Assembly (NCBI GenBank): GCA_013239625.1 | Contig: MU053559.1 | Location: forward strand, 3,288,607 to 3,352,606 | DNA from: Lama guanicoe | Lineage: Eukaryota | DNA length: 64,000 bases | Direction of reading: 5' to 3' | The notes under the pieces: model-generated | What the model saw: only the letters and a program-made list of their open reading frames with translations | Told to the model about the DNA's origin: nothing | Database searches by the model: none | Program-made: the position numbers and the translations under genes | Part shown: in pieces, positions 11,226-24,290 of the stretch | Layout of the letters: every line of letters begins with the position of its first letter | Numbering within the stretch: position 1 is the stretch's first letter

Positions 11226-12867
11226 TTTTTTTTTTTGTGGCAGAATTCTTTTTTTTTTTTTAACATTTTTTATTGATTTGTAATCACTTTACAATGTTGT
11301 GTCAAATTCCAGTGTTCAGCACAATTTTTCAGTCATTCATGGACATATACACACTCATTGTCACATTTTTTTCTCTGTGATTTATCATAACATTTTGTGT
11401 ATATTTCCCTGTGCTATACAGTGTAATCTTGTTTACCTATTCTACAATTTTGAAATCCCAGTCTATCCCTTCCCACCCTCTACCCCTCTGGTAACCACAA
11501 GTCTGTATTCTCTGTCCATGAGTCTTTAGATTCCACATATGAGCGATCTCATATGGTATTTTTCTTTCTCTTTCTGGCTTACTTCACTTAGAATGACATT
11601 CTCTAGGAGCATCCATGTTGCTGCAAATGGCATTATGTTGTCGGTTTTTATGGCTGAGTAGTATTCCATTGTATAAATATACCACCTCTTCTTTATCCAG
11701 TCACCTGTTGATGGACATTTAGGCTGTTTCCATGTTTTGGCTATTGTAAATAGTGCTGCTATGAACATTGGAGTGCAGGTGTCATCCTGAAGTAGATTTC
11801 CTTCTGGATACAAGCCCAGGAGTGGGATTCCTGGGTCATATGGTAAGTCTATTCCTAGTCTTTTGAGGAATCTCCACACTGTTTTCCATAGTGGCTGCAC
11901 CAAACTGCATTCCCACCAGCAGTGTAGGAGGGTTCCCCTTTCTCCACAGCCTCTCCAGCATTTGTCATTTGTGGATTTTTGAATGACGGCCATTCTGACT
12001 GGTGTGAGGTGATACCTCATTGTAGTTTTGATTTGCATTTCTCTGATAATTAGTGATATTGAGCATTTTTTCATGTGCTTTTTGATCATTTGTATGTCTT
12101 CCTTGGAGAATTGCTTGTTTAGGTCTTCTGCCCATTTTTGGATTGGGTTGTTTATTTTTTTCTTATTGAGTCGTATGAGCTGCTTATATATTTTGGAGAT
12201 CAAGCCTTTGTCGGTTTCACTTGCAAAAATTTTCTCCCATTCCGTAGGTTTTCTTCTTGTTTTATTTCTGGTTTCCTTTGCTCTGCAGAAGCTTGTAAGT
12301 TTCATTAGGTCCCATTTGTTTATTCTTGCTTTTATTTCTTCTAGGAGAAAATTTTTGAAATGTATGTCAGATAATGTTTTGCCTATGTTTTCCTCTAGGA
12401 GGTTTATTGTATCTTGTCTTATGTTTAAGTCTTTAATCCATTTTGAGTTGATTTTTGTATATGGTGTAAGGGTGTGTTCTAGCTTCATTGTTTTACATGC
12501 TGCTGTCCAGTTTTCCCAACACCATTTGCTGAAGAGACTGTCTTTATTCCATTGTATATTCTTGCCTCCTTTGTCGAAGATGAGTTGACCAAAAGTTTGT
12601 GGGTTCATTTCTGGGCTCTCTATTCTGTTCCATTGGTCTATATGTCTGTTTTGGTACCAATACCATGCTGTCTTGATGACTGTAGCTCTATAGTATTGTC
12701 TGAAGTCTGGGAGAGTTATTCCTCCAGCCTCTTTCTTTCTCTTCAGTAATGCTTTAGCAATTCTAGGTCTTTGATGGTTCCATATAAATTTTATTATGGT
12801 TTGTTATAGTTCTGTGAAATATGTCCTGGGTAATTGGATAGGGATTGCATTAAATCTGTAGATTGCC
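11226..12867 (-). mobile_element. Young 5'-truncated LINE-1 (~1.6 kb) with nearly intact ORF2 C-terminus
   Basis: ORF 11526-12608 is L1 ORF2p C-terminal sequence (cysteine-rich [18 protein letters not shown]). By my translation the frame stays open to 12803, with a single TAA at 12804-12806. 3'UTR and poly-T tail lie at the left. Confidence 0.95.
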
Positions 12868-12883
12868 TTATCCTTTTTTTGAT

Positions 12884-13032
12884 GGGAGGGTGTAGCCCAG
12901 TGGTAGAGCACATGCTTAGCATGCACAAGGTCCTGGGTTCAATCCCCAGTACCTCCATTAAAATAAAGCAAATAAATTAATTAAATAAACCTAATTGCCT
13001 CCCCCCATAGAAATTAAAATAAAAAATTTTCT
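12884..13032 (+). mobile_element. tRNA-Ala-derived SINE (camelid Vic-1-type)
   Basis: A-box tagcccagtgg, Ala-type arm catgcttagcatg, B-box ggttcaatccc, AT-rich body and tail. A closely similar copy sits at 31376. Confidence 0.88.
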
Positions 13033-13174
13033 AAGTCTACCCTTTTTCCCCTCAATGGTTTGTATTGACATATCTGACATATTTCATGGTCCACATGAAT
13101 CTGTTTCTAAGCTCTCTGTTTTGTTAAATTTGTCTGCTTGTCTATCCCTAGGCCGGTACCACCTGTTTTAATTT

Positions 13175-13647
13175 TGACCTTTGTGGATTTTTTTTCTTTT
13201 TATTGAAGTATAATCAGTTTATAATGTTGTGTCAGTTTCTGGTGTACAGCATAATAGTTCAGTCATACATGTACATACATAAATTCGTTTTCATATTCTT
13301 TTTCATTATAGGTTACTACAAAATGTTGAATATAATTCCCTCTGCTATACAGTATAAACTTGTTATTTATCAATTTTCTATATAGTAGTTAGTATCTGCA
13401 TATCTTGAACTCTCAATTTATCCCTTCCCACCCCCTTCCCCCTCTGGTAACCAGAAGTTTGTTTTCTATGTCTGTGAGTCTGTTTCTGTTTTGTAAATAA
13501 GTTTGTCTTTTTTTTTTTTAGATTCCACATATAAGTGATATCGTGTGGCATTTTTCTCTTTCTGGCTTACTTCACTTAGAATGACGATCTCCAGGTCCAT
13601 CCATGTTGCTGCAAATGGCATTATTTTATTCTTTTTTATGGCTTAGT
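13175..13647 (-). mobile_element. 5'-truncated L1 3' end
   Basis: L1 3'UTR plus ORF2 end. 16-bp TSD ccacct(g/a)ttttaattt at 13159-13174 and 13648-13663. Confidence 0.9.
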
Positions 13648-13669
13648 CCACCTATTTTAATTTGTTACA

Positions 13670-15830
13670 ATAGCTGTAGCATCATGGTAAGTTGTGATGT
13701 ATAGCAGGGTTCTAATTTTTCTTTTCTGACTATTCTTAGGCTTTTAATTTTCCATATTAATTTTATGACCAATTTTTCTAGTTCTTTAAAAAGCCAGATT
13801 GGATTTTTGACTGAACTTCTGCTGAATTTAATTAGGGGGCAGAATTGCTGTCACTATGAAATAGAGATTTCCCACCCATGAATATAGTGTATCTTGTTTT
13901 ATAATACTGTATAGTTTTGCTGCCATTGCAAATATTGCCTTTTAATTTTAAAATTACATTTTCTAATTGGTTGTTGCTGGTGTATATGAATACTGTTTTT
14001 TTTTTTTTGTATGCTGATCTCATTTTCTCTTTTGAGTCCTCAGAGTCTGTAGTTTCTTTTGGATTTTATTTTAGACCATATCATATGAACTGCAAATAAT
14101 GACAGTCTTGCTTCCCTTTTAATCCATATGATTTCTTTCTATTTTTCTTATTATATTGACTAGGAGCTGCAATGTAATATGTAAGGTAACTAGTAATGGC
14201 AGATATCCTTATCTTTTTCCTGACTTTAAAAGAAATATTTCTAATATTTCACCATTAAGTACTTTGCTTGTCATAGGTTTTTGGTAGATGCAGATAGTTT
14301 ATTTAGGATTTTCACATCTTTGTTCATAATGGAAATAGGCTTATACTTTGTCTTTCTCATACTGTCTTTGTCCAGTTTAGATATCAGTGTTTTATAATAG
14401 TCTCATAAAATAAGTTTCAGAACATTCACTCTCTGTTTGTAAAGGTTAGGTATTATTAGTTCTCTGAAGGTTTTGTAGAAGTTGTGTGAAAAACCAGATA
14501 GCCCTTCCTTTTTTCCTGTGGGTGGATATCTTATTCCAGATACCTGTTTTTTCTTGAGTTGGTTTTGAAAATTATTGTTTATCTCATTTTTAAAATTCAT
14601 CACCTTTTTTTTAGCCCTATTACTATTTCACTAGCATCATTTGATTAATTTTTAAAAGGACCAGATTTTAATTTGTTAATTCTTTTTTTTTTTGCTTTGT
14701 CTTCTATTTCATTAATTGCTACTCTGATTTTTATTTTTATTACGTCCTTCTATTTTCTCTGTGTTTATTTTCTAATTTCTTGAGTTGGACATTTGTTTCA
14801 CTGATGATCGGTCTTTATTTTCTAAGAAATGCACTTGAGGCTTTAATCTGACTTGTAAGTACTACTTTGGCTTTAGTGTGTTTAGTGTTTATTGTCCTTC
14901 ATATGTAAATATTTCCTAAAATCGGCCAATTAATTATTTGTTTTTAAATATCTAAATGTGTATGACGTTAACTTTCTTACAGTTTTTTCTCTTTTTGTTA
15001 CACTTGGGGAATATGATGCATGATAGCAATTCTTTGATATTTTTGAGACTTGTTTTGTAACTCTGGGAATGAATAATCTTGTTTTCTGAAATGTATTTAT
15101 TTTTCTCTTTTAAAATCTAACTGGGTAAATTCTAGATTTATAGTTATTTTCTCTTGACCTTTTGAAGATATTATTCTATTGTCTTCTGCTCTCCATTGTG
15201 GTTGTAAGTCTCTTATTAATATAATTGTTCCTTTGTAGCTGTATGACTTTTTTCCCTCTGGTTGCCTTTGGTTTTGATTTTTTGCAGTTTCATTGCAGTG
15301 TGTCTTGGGATTATTTGTAATTCTTTAATTTGAGAATTTTTATTTTCCTCTTAACTACTTGTCAAACTTCTTTTCCGTATCTTTTAATCTCCCATTCATT
15401 CTTTTCATTAATTTTTAATTCTTTGCTGCATTCTTGGAATTTTCCTTAGATCTGTCATCCAGTTCATTGTTTCAGTGGCTGTGCCTTCCAATTCCTTAAG
15501 TGCTATTTGGTTGTATGTGTGTGTATGTGTGTGTATGTGTGTGTAAATATTTCTGTTCTTTTCCATGGCATCTTGTACTTTTCTTGGTTTCTCCACTTTT
15601 AGCACTTTTATAATTTTAAACATAATAATTTCATAGTCTGTTACTGACTTTTGTTCTGATGTCCCAAATTCATGGGGTACTAATCCCTCTGTTACATCTG
15701 CTGACTCTCACTCCTGGTGGATTATTCCCTTTTATGTTTTCAAAGCTCATCTTAAACTGGATTTTCTTCCCCCACTGAAGTGTTCCTGTGCTGCTTGGGT
15801 GGGCCTCTCAGAGTAGTTTTTGTTTTTTAT
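13670..15830 (-). mobile_element. Ancient L1 (L1ME-like) ORF2/ORF1 remnant
   Basis: T-rich decayed antisense L1 motifs, e.g. ctgcaaataatgacagt and tctttttcctgactttaaa. Continues the host element seen at about 9900-11220. Confidence 0.6.
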
Positions 15831-15839
15831 TTTGTTTTA

Positions 15840-16462
15840 AGCCTTTTTATTTTGAACTAATTGTAGACTTAACAGAGAAGTTCCAAAGTAGTAGGGAGAC
15901 TTCCCATATGCCCCTCACCCAGCTTCTAACGTTAGCATCTTACCACAGCGCTATTATCAAAACCAGGAAATTAACATTAGGACAATATTATAAACATCTT
16001 ATTTGAATTTAACCAATGTTCTTTTTCTTTGCCAGGATCCCATCTAGGATCCCACATTGGATTAGTTGTTTCTATAACAGTTTCTCAGTCTGTCCATGTC
16101 TTTGATGACCTTGATATTTTTGAATCCGTTCTTTGAATCAGTTATTTTGCAGACTGTCCCTCAAGTTGGATTTTTCTGATGTTTTCTTGTGGTTGAACTA
16201 AGATTATGCATTTTTGGCAATAATACTACAGAAATGATGTGTCTTTCTTAAGTGCATCATATCAAAGGGCTCATGATGTTGACATGTCTCATTACTGGTG
16301 ATACTGACCTTAACCACTTTATTAAAATGGTATTTGTCAGATTTCTCTATTTTAAAGTTACTATCATTGCTTTTGCAGTGAATAAGTACTTCAAGGGCGA
16401 TACTTTGAGACTATGCAAATTCTGCTTTTCATCAAGCTTTCACCTACTAATTTTAGCGTTCA
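15840..16462 (-). mobile_element. L1MC4/5-like 3' end
   Basis: tttttattttgaactaattgtagacttaacagagaagttccaaag...aaaaccaggaaattaacatt...gatactttgagactatgcaaat. Confidence 0.7.
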
Positions 16463-18455
16463 GCAGTAGAACTTCCAGAGTATTGATTTTGCCTCTCCAG
16501 GCTGGCTTATAAACTGAACTTAATTTAATCGTAATTTTGAAGTCAATTTATTGCCTTGGAGCTTTCTGTAGTAAGTGGGTAAAGTATATTTGTACTACAA
16601 ATTCTTATTTGGCAGAATATTGACTTTTGAGTTCTATTAGGTAATCTATCTACTCTCGTTCCTTCCTTCCTTCCTCCTTGCCTTGTTACGCAAAGACTCA
16701 GAGAAAAGGTCCATTGTCATCTCTCCTGGCCCATGATTAGAGTTTATTAATCCTTCTTTTACTTCAATTGCAGCCTTTTACAGTTCTAGCTTTATACACA
16801 GGTTTCATGTGTAGGAATTCCAAATTGCTATTCTCCTTGGCCAGAGGCCTTGTCTCTTGCACCTGAGTGAGCATTAAAGTCCAAGTTCTTACCTGTTGAT
16901 GGTGTTCAATCCCTACTTCCCCCAGGTGCCACCCTGTTAGCTTATACACCTTCCTCTCTGGCTGTACCAGCTACCTCTTTGCCTTGGTACATGGGACATT
17001 TTCTCTCCTTTTTTGCAGGCTCAGCCAGGAGTTTGAGTTTTAGCATTTTGCCACACATAATTTCTCTTCCATGCCATATGGACTCTCTAAAATTACACTG
17101 GACAAAATATAGATTAGACACATTATTGGGGAATGTCACATCATTATTAATACCTGTGCTGAAGTGGAGTTGGCTTTGCTCTTGTAGACCTAGTTAAAAT
17201 CAACCCCACTATTTAAAAATCTTAATAACTCTCAGGCTTTTCTCTTTATTTTTGAAGCATATCCACTCTTACAGGCTTGAGTTTTATGGGATGCTAGAAA
17301 AATTCTTGGCATTTTAGAATAAATAAACCATATAATGTTGTGCCAAAACAGATAGACTATTTCTTATGTTTCTAAAGAGTGGAAAAAAGACCAACTCTTT
17401 TTCTGAGGTTTTATATATACATATATATTTATACTGTGCTTCTTTTATTTCTTTTTCCATGATTATATTCTTGTGGGAGCGGGTAAATCATTAACAGTGA
17501 AACTACTATTTCATCCAAACTACAATGTTCTAATGGTCTCTTTTCTAAATGAAGTTTCTATGATTAAAAGCAAGGCAACTGTGTAGTCATTAGTTGCTAA
17601 CAAATGACCAGGTTAGTGCCACCCAGGCTTTCTTCTTTAATTAGAGTCCAAATTTTGTTTAAAAAAATGAGAACAGTAACTACACGCTAATTTTTAGTTG
17701 CTCAGAGGGAGAATTATAATGTAGAAAGTATGATGTAAAACGAGAGAATACTACAAAGCAGGAGGGGAATGACACTTGGGCCACCATCAGGCAAGCCCTA
17801 CCTGGCTGTTTTTCATTCAAGTAAATTTTGCAACCCGAAGTACTGGTATGGAAGCTGTGCCTTGCAGTGTGGTGTGTAACCATGTACATTTACCATTCAT
17901 TCATTCAGTAAACGTATATTAGGCACCTACTCTGTGTCAGGGCCCATGGTGGGTGATGGAGTTTCAGAGATGAATGAGCTGCCTTTGGAGAAGGCCAGCT
18001 TCATCAATGAACCTCCATCAACCACCGTGCGACCTGCCACTGCTGTTTCTGGGCCACCCAATCCATGTCATTCTCTTTTCACGCCATTTTGGAGGGGAGC
18101 TCTCTTTTGCTGTTCAGCTTTCTCCTACCCCTGAAGATATTCCAGTTTACATTTCTTGTCTTAAAATGTGCCTGATCACCCCAACTCACAGTAATCCCTG
18201 CCTCTTGGATCTCATTGCATTTATGGCTGGTGCCACTCTGCACATCCTTTTATTCCCTCATATTTGTTTGTTGAAGAATAAATGAATGAATACATGCATG
18301 AACAAAGGCAGTGACCTTTGTTTGGATTTAATTTTCATTCACATAGTAGTTAGGATCCTATTGAAGGGGGTTTTTTAACTGATTTTGGCCTTTCTTGAAG
18401 GACAGTTCATTCTACTGCCTACTAATAATTATGATAATAGCTAATAACTTGAGTT

Positions 18456-21400
18456 TGGAGACTTGAATCAAAGGTGGCAGAGTAGGAGGACATGGACCTT
18501 ATCTCCCCCCCACACACACAGATCAAAAATACATCTACGTGTGGAACAGTTCTCCCTGAAAACTGAAAACTAGCAGAAAGACTCCTGTACAACCACAGCT
18601 GTAGGAAAGATGCACACAGAATCAGGTAGGAAGGGAAGAGAAGTGATTAGGTCAGGACTTGTGCCCCTGGGAGGGGGCTCAGAGGAAAAGGGAGATTACA
18701 CAGGTAGAGACCCTCCCTGGGAAGTGAGCCATTTAAGCCACATATGGGGCACCTCAGCCCTGAGGTCTGACAAAGGGAAGATGAACCCCGTTACCTGGTT
18801 AGAGGACCAGTGGGACTAACAGGAGGGCTGTGGGAAGGCTGAGCTCTGCTCAAGAGGAGTGCAGTAACTGACTGGTTTCCTGTGACCACCCTGGCACGTG
18901 CCCCAACCTGAGCTGAGTAGACACCCCAGCACTGCTTGCCTTGTGTTGCAGCTCCACACTGGAGCAAGGGCTGTAATGACTGAGGAAAAGCCTGGCCATG
19001 AGACACTGAAGTGGTGCAAACCCTAAGCAGAATCTGAGCAGGTAGTGGGCAGCCATTTCTGGTGATCACACAGGTGGTGTATCAGAGTCCGTCTGGATCT
19101 CTGACAGCAGCCACACACTCTGACAGCCTGTGCCCTGATGCTCACTGAACACCTACACCAGCCCTTCTTGCTCCAGCAGTGCTCCCCTCTGGGGTGAGGG
19201 TGCTGGTGCTGGGAGGGGGAACAACACACACTTAAATGGAACTAATCCTGCTCAGACCTGACCCTCAGGGTTTCTGCTCCAGCCACTTGGGGCCTGACCC
19301 TGCTTCCCATAGGATGGTGATGGCAACTGAGCAGAGGAGAAGCCCTGCCTCACACCTGGCTCTGCCCTAGCCCCTCCATCTCCAGCCCCACCTCCTATCA
19401 GAGTGACAGCTGCCAGCGCACCCTGAGGAAAGATGTGACTGTGTTCCCATCGAATCCAGCTCTCCCACCAAAGCTGCTGGGTGCATGTAGACTGTATAGG
19501 GATGCCCCCCATGAGGACATCCCTTCAAGACCAGGATAGGTATCCATTTCACCTAATTTCTTAGAGACAAAGAAAGGGAAACAAAATAAGAAGACAGAGG
19601 AATTTGTCTCAGTTGGAAGCACAAAAGAAAACCTTTGGAAAAAAACAACTCTTGAAACAGAAATGAACAATTTACCAGATGAAGAATTCATTATTAGTAA
19701 TAAGAATGCTAACTGAATTAGGGGAAAGAATAGATGAACACAGTGAGAATTTTAAACAAGGAAATGGAAAATATAATAAAAAAGAACACAAATAAATGTT
19801 GGCGAGGATGTGGAGAAAAGGGAACCCTTGTACACTGTTGGTAGGAATGTAAATTGGTGCAGCCATTGTGGAAAACAATACGGAGGTTTCTCAAAGAAAT
19901 TAAAAACAGGGCTACCATATGACCTCGCAGGTCTACTCCTGGGTATATATCTGAAACAAAATCACTAATTCAAAAATATACATGCACCCCAATATTCATA
20001 GCAGCATTATTTACAATTGCCAAGGTATGGGAGCAACCTAAGTGCCTATCAACAGATGAATGGATAAAGAAGATGTGATATGGATACGCATGCAATGGAA
20101 TATTGCTCAGCCATAAAAAAGAATGAAATTTTGCCATTTGCAACAATACGGATAACAAAGATGCAAAAATGGTTCAATTATTTGCAAATCAATCAATGTG
20201 ATACACCACATTAACAAAAAGAAGGATGAAAATCACATGATCATCTCAGTAGATGCCGAAAAAGCATTCGACCAAATTCAGTATCCATTCATGACCAAGA
20301 GAGGACGTGTCTCAACATAATAAAAGCAGTTGATGACATACTCACAGCTAACATCATACTCAATGGTGAAAAACTGAAAGTTTTTCCTCCAAAATCAGAA
20401 ATAAGACAAAGATGTGAACTCTTGCCACTTTTGTTTAACATAGTATTGGAAGTCCTAGCCATAGTAATCAAAGAAGAAAGAGAAATAAAAGGCATCAAAA
20501 TTGGAAGGTAAGAAGTAAAATTTGCTATTACAGATGACGTGATAGTGCATATAGAAAACCCTAAAGTCTCCACCCAAAAACTATTAGAACTAATAAATGA
20601 ACTCAGTAAAATTGCAGAACACAAGGTAATATACAGAATCTGTTACTTTTCTATACACTAACAATGAACTTTCAGAAGGAGAAATTAAGAAAACAGTTCC
20701 ATTTACTATCACGTCAAAAAGGATAAAATATCTAGGAATAAACCTACCTAAGGAGGTAAAAAGCCTGTACTCAGAAAACTAAGACACTGATGAAAGAATT
20801 TGAAGGCAGTGCAAACAGAGGGAAAGATACACTGTGTAAACAAATCCCCTTTAAAAATCCCTTAAAGGGATTGGGGGAGTTAATATTGTTAAAACAACTG
20901 TACTACCCAGTGCAATCTAGAGATTCAGTGCAATCTCTGTCAATATACCAAGGGCATTTTCACAGAAGTAGAACAAGTCATTTTAAAATTTGTATGGCAA
21001 CACAAGAGATCCTGAATAGCCAAAATATCTTGAGAAAGAAGAGCAGAGCTGAAGGAATCATCCACCTTGACTTCAGACTTTACTACAAAGCTATAGTAAT
21101 CAAAACAGTATGGTACTGGCACAGAAACAGACACGTAGATAATGGAACAGAATAGAGAATCCAGAAATAAACCCACTCGCATATGGTCAATTAATCTACA
21201 ACAAAGGAAACAAGAATATAAAATGGAGAAAAGACAGTCTCTTCAATAAGTGGTGCTAGCAAAACTGGACAACTACACGTAAAAGAATGAAATTATAACA
21301 TTTTCTCACACCATATACAAAAATAAACTCAAAATGGAGTGAAGACCTAAATGTAAGACCGGAAACCATAAAACTCCTAGAAGAGAACATAGGCAGAACA

Positions 21401-22126
21401 CTCTTTCACAGAAATTGTAGCAATATTTTTTGGATCTGCCTCCTAAAGCAAAAGAAATAAATGCAAAAGTAAACAAATGGGACCTAATTAAACTTAAAAG
21501 CTTTTGCACAACAAAGGAAACCATGGGCAAAACAAAAAGCCAGCCTAATGAATGGGAGAAAATATTTGCAAATGATATGACCAGTAAGGGGTTAATATCC
21601 AAAATTTACAAACAACTTATGCAAGTCAATATCAAAAACCAAAGATCCCAATTTAAAAATGGGCAGAAGACCTGAATACATATTTTGCAAAGATGATATA
21701 CAGATGGCCACCAGACACATGAAAAATTGCTCAACGTTGCTAATCATCAGAGAAATGCAAATCAAAACCACAATGAGATACCACCTCATATCTGTCAAAA
21801 TGGTTATCATCAAAAAGTCCACAAATAACAAATGTTGACGAGGATGTAGAGAAAAGGGAACCCTCGTACACTGTTGATGGGAATGTAAATTGGTGCAGAC
21901 ACTATAGAAAAGAGTATGGAGGTTCCTCAGAAAACTAAAAATAGAACTACCATATGATCCAGCAGTTCCACTGCTGGGTATATATCGAGAAAAAAGCAAA
22001 AACACTCATTCAAAAAGATACATGCACTCCAGTGTTCAGCTGCGTTACTTAACAGTTGCCAATATATGGAAGCAACCTAAGTGTCTGTTAACAGATGATT
22101 GGATAAAGAAGATGTGATGTATTTAT

Positions 22127-22172
<46 letters not shown>

Positions 22173-22598
22173 AACAATGGAATATTAGCCATAAAGAAGA
22201 ATGAAATTCTGCTATTTGTGACAATGTGGTTGGACCTAAAGGATATTATGCTTAGTGAAGTAAGTCAGAAAGTCAGATACTCTATTCTGTCACTTTTATG
22301 AGGAATCTAAAAAAATAAAACGGAAGAATGTATATAACAGAAGAGAAACAGACTCTCAGATTTAGAGAATTGGTGGTTATCAGTTGGGGAGAAGAAGAGG
22401 GTGAGATAGGGGTATGGGATTTAGAGACATACTAGTATGTATAAAATAAATAAGCAACAGGAATATATTATACCATACAGGGAAGTATAGCCATTATTTC
22501 GTAATAACTTTAAATGGAGTATAACCTATAAATATTTAATTACTATGTTGTGCAATTGAAACTAATATTGTAAATCAACTCTACTTCAGTAGAAAAAA
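18456..22598 (+). mobile_element. TSD-bounded, internally rearranged LINE-1 (5'UTR, ORF1 start, extra ORF2 3' piece, ORF2 RT-to-end, 3'UTR)
   Basis: GC-richer 5'UTR starting near aaggtggcagagtaggaggac. Frameshifted ORF2 pieces (ORF track 20790-21155 and 21430-21675). TSD-like aatagctaata / aatagctagta. Confidence 0.85.
22129..22166. repeat. (CA)n microsatellite inside L1
   Basis: Directly visible. Confidence 0.97.
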
Positions 22599-22599
22599 A

Positions 22600-22815
22600 A
22601 TAGCTAGTATTTATATGCTACTTACGCCATGGCAGGTGCTGTACTAAATGCTTTCTATACATTAACTCAATTAATCCTCACAGCAGTCCTAAAAAGTACA
22701 TATTATTCTTATACTCATTTTGCAGATGAGGAAACTGAGGCACAGAGAGGTTAAGGAAGCTACCCAAGATCATGTACTAAGTTGCCAAGCTGGGATTTGT
22801 ACCTGGCACTCTGGC
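22600..22815 (-). mobile_element. MIR SINE (its end served as the L1 target site)
   Basis: MIR core cattttgcagatgaggaaactgaggcacagagaggttaag. Confidence 0.85.
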
Positions 22816-23857
22816 AGTTACATCAGCAGTTAAGATTTAGGGTAAAACTAGCTCCGTTTGACTCCTCATTGTGCCTCTCTCATGCTTTCTGGACTTCATC
22901 TGTGGGATGAGAATAATTCAGGAGATTATTGAGGGGATAAAAATGAGTTAATATACGTTCAACAACAAGCCAGTAAATACCCAGTTACATTTATTCTAGT
23001 CACTTCCCCTCCCCATTGGCCACGTGAACTTACACATTCTGGGTCTAGAAAGCATGTGTGTGCTCCTGGATGGTCCAACCTTGAGATCTTTGCCCTCATT
23101 GAAATCTTCTCTCTTGACTCTACTCTTTCTGGAAGGCTCTCTTCTGGAATGAGCGCAGTTGAGGTAGGATTAAAAAACAAAACTTCCTGGGTATATACCT
23201 CTTCAGTTTTTCTTCTAACTTAGAAATGTGGTTTTATACTTACTTCTGTCTTGACTTGTTTCAGAAATGGGTTTAAGGTGAGTCATTAAGATGCAAACAA
23301 TTCTATAACATAAAATGGATAGACAAATAATAAAAGTGACAGAAAAAAATCAAAGTAGGAAAGAACCGTGGATCCCGGGTGGAGTTGGCACATAGAGTAT
23401 ATTTACAGACTCTGAAGTCACGGGCATTTACCAGAGGTCAGCCACAGGCTGGCTCCAACTGTCCTCAAGGTCAGCGCAAAATAGGAGACCACGAGCAGGA
23501 AGCAACAATGAACCCATTGCTTAGGGGAAGAAATCCTAATGCAGAGCCCAAGACACATTCTTTAATGGCCACTCACAGAGAGAGGGCACTTTGCTTGCTG
23601 CATGGTAGCCACAGGGCAGCCAAGGACATAAGCTTCAGGTGGTGGTTTCTGACAGCATTCCTGGGACCTAAACCACAGCATCCCACCAGCCTGCTGTTCA
23701 GTCAGAGCATTTCTGCTGAGGACATCACGTGCCATTGCCCGGGTGCCTAGCTGCCTGAGGTCCCGCTTAACCTGGGGTGTGGAGATGCCTCTCGCTAACC
23801 TCCGGATGAAGGAAGAGAGGAGAGGAGAGTGCAGGGAGGTCGGACCTGGAGGAGAGG

Positions 23858-24290
23858 ATCAATCAGCTATTGCCACCCTTTGGCTGTTTAGTAAATGACC
23901 CCCAAATCTCAGTGGCATGCAGCGTAAGCATTTATTGAGCTCACACATCGGTGGGTTGTCGAGGGTCAGTTGCTCTGGGCTGGGCCCAGCTGGGGCATCT
24001 CAGTTCCACGTGTCTCTCATTCTCCTCCAGGGAGCAGTGGGCTTACTTGAGCACATCCTTCTTAGGGTGATGGCAGGAGTGCAGCCAGGGAATAAGAAAC
24101 CTGGAAGACCTCTTGAGGCTGAGACTCAGAACGGGCACACCTTGACTTCCGCGTGACCGTGCTGGCCAGAGCAAGGCCTGTAGCTGACCCTGTCATCCAG
24201 GAGCAAGAAAGAAGCTGTGCCCCCTTTGAAAGGTGAAACAGCAGAGTCACATGGGAAAAGACGCAGATACAGGGAGAGGTGGAGAGCTGA
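23858..24290 (-). mobile_element. MaLR LTR remnant (MLT1H/I-like)
   Basis: aatcagctattgcc...ccccaaatctcagtggc...aagcatttatt. Confidence 0.6.

Noticed and set aside
12028..12588. 186-aa hydrophobic + strand ORF
   Set aside because: It is the antisense shadow frame of L1 ORF2. Similar frames occur at 21592-22005 and 5101-5367.
11526..12608. 360-aa ORF as a host gene
   Set aside because: It is the ORF2 C-terminus of a 5'-truncated L1 with no promoter, endonuclease or RT domain.
12884..12957. Possible tRNA-Ala gene (also at 31376 and 41007)
   Set aside because: They have AT-rich tails, TSDs and mismatched stems and lack a Pol III T-run terminator right after the acceptor stem, so they are SINEs.
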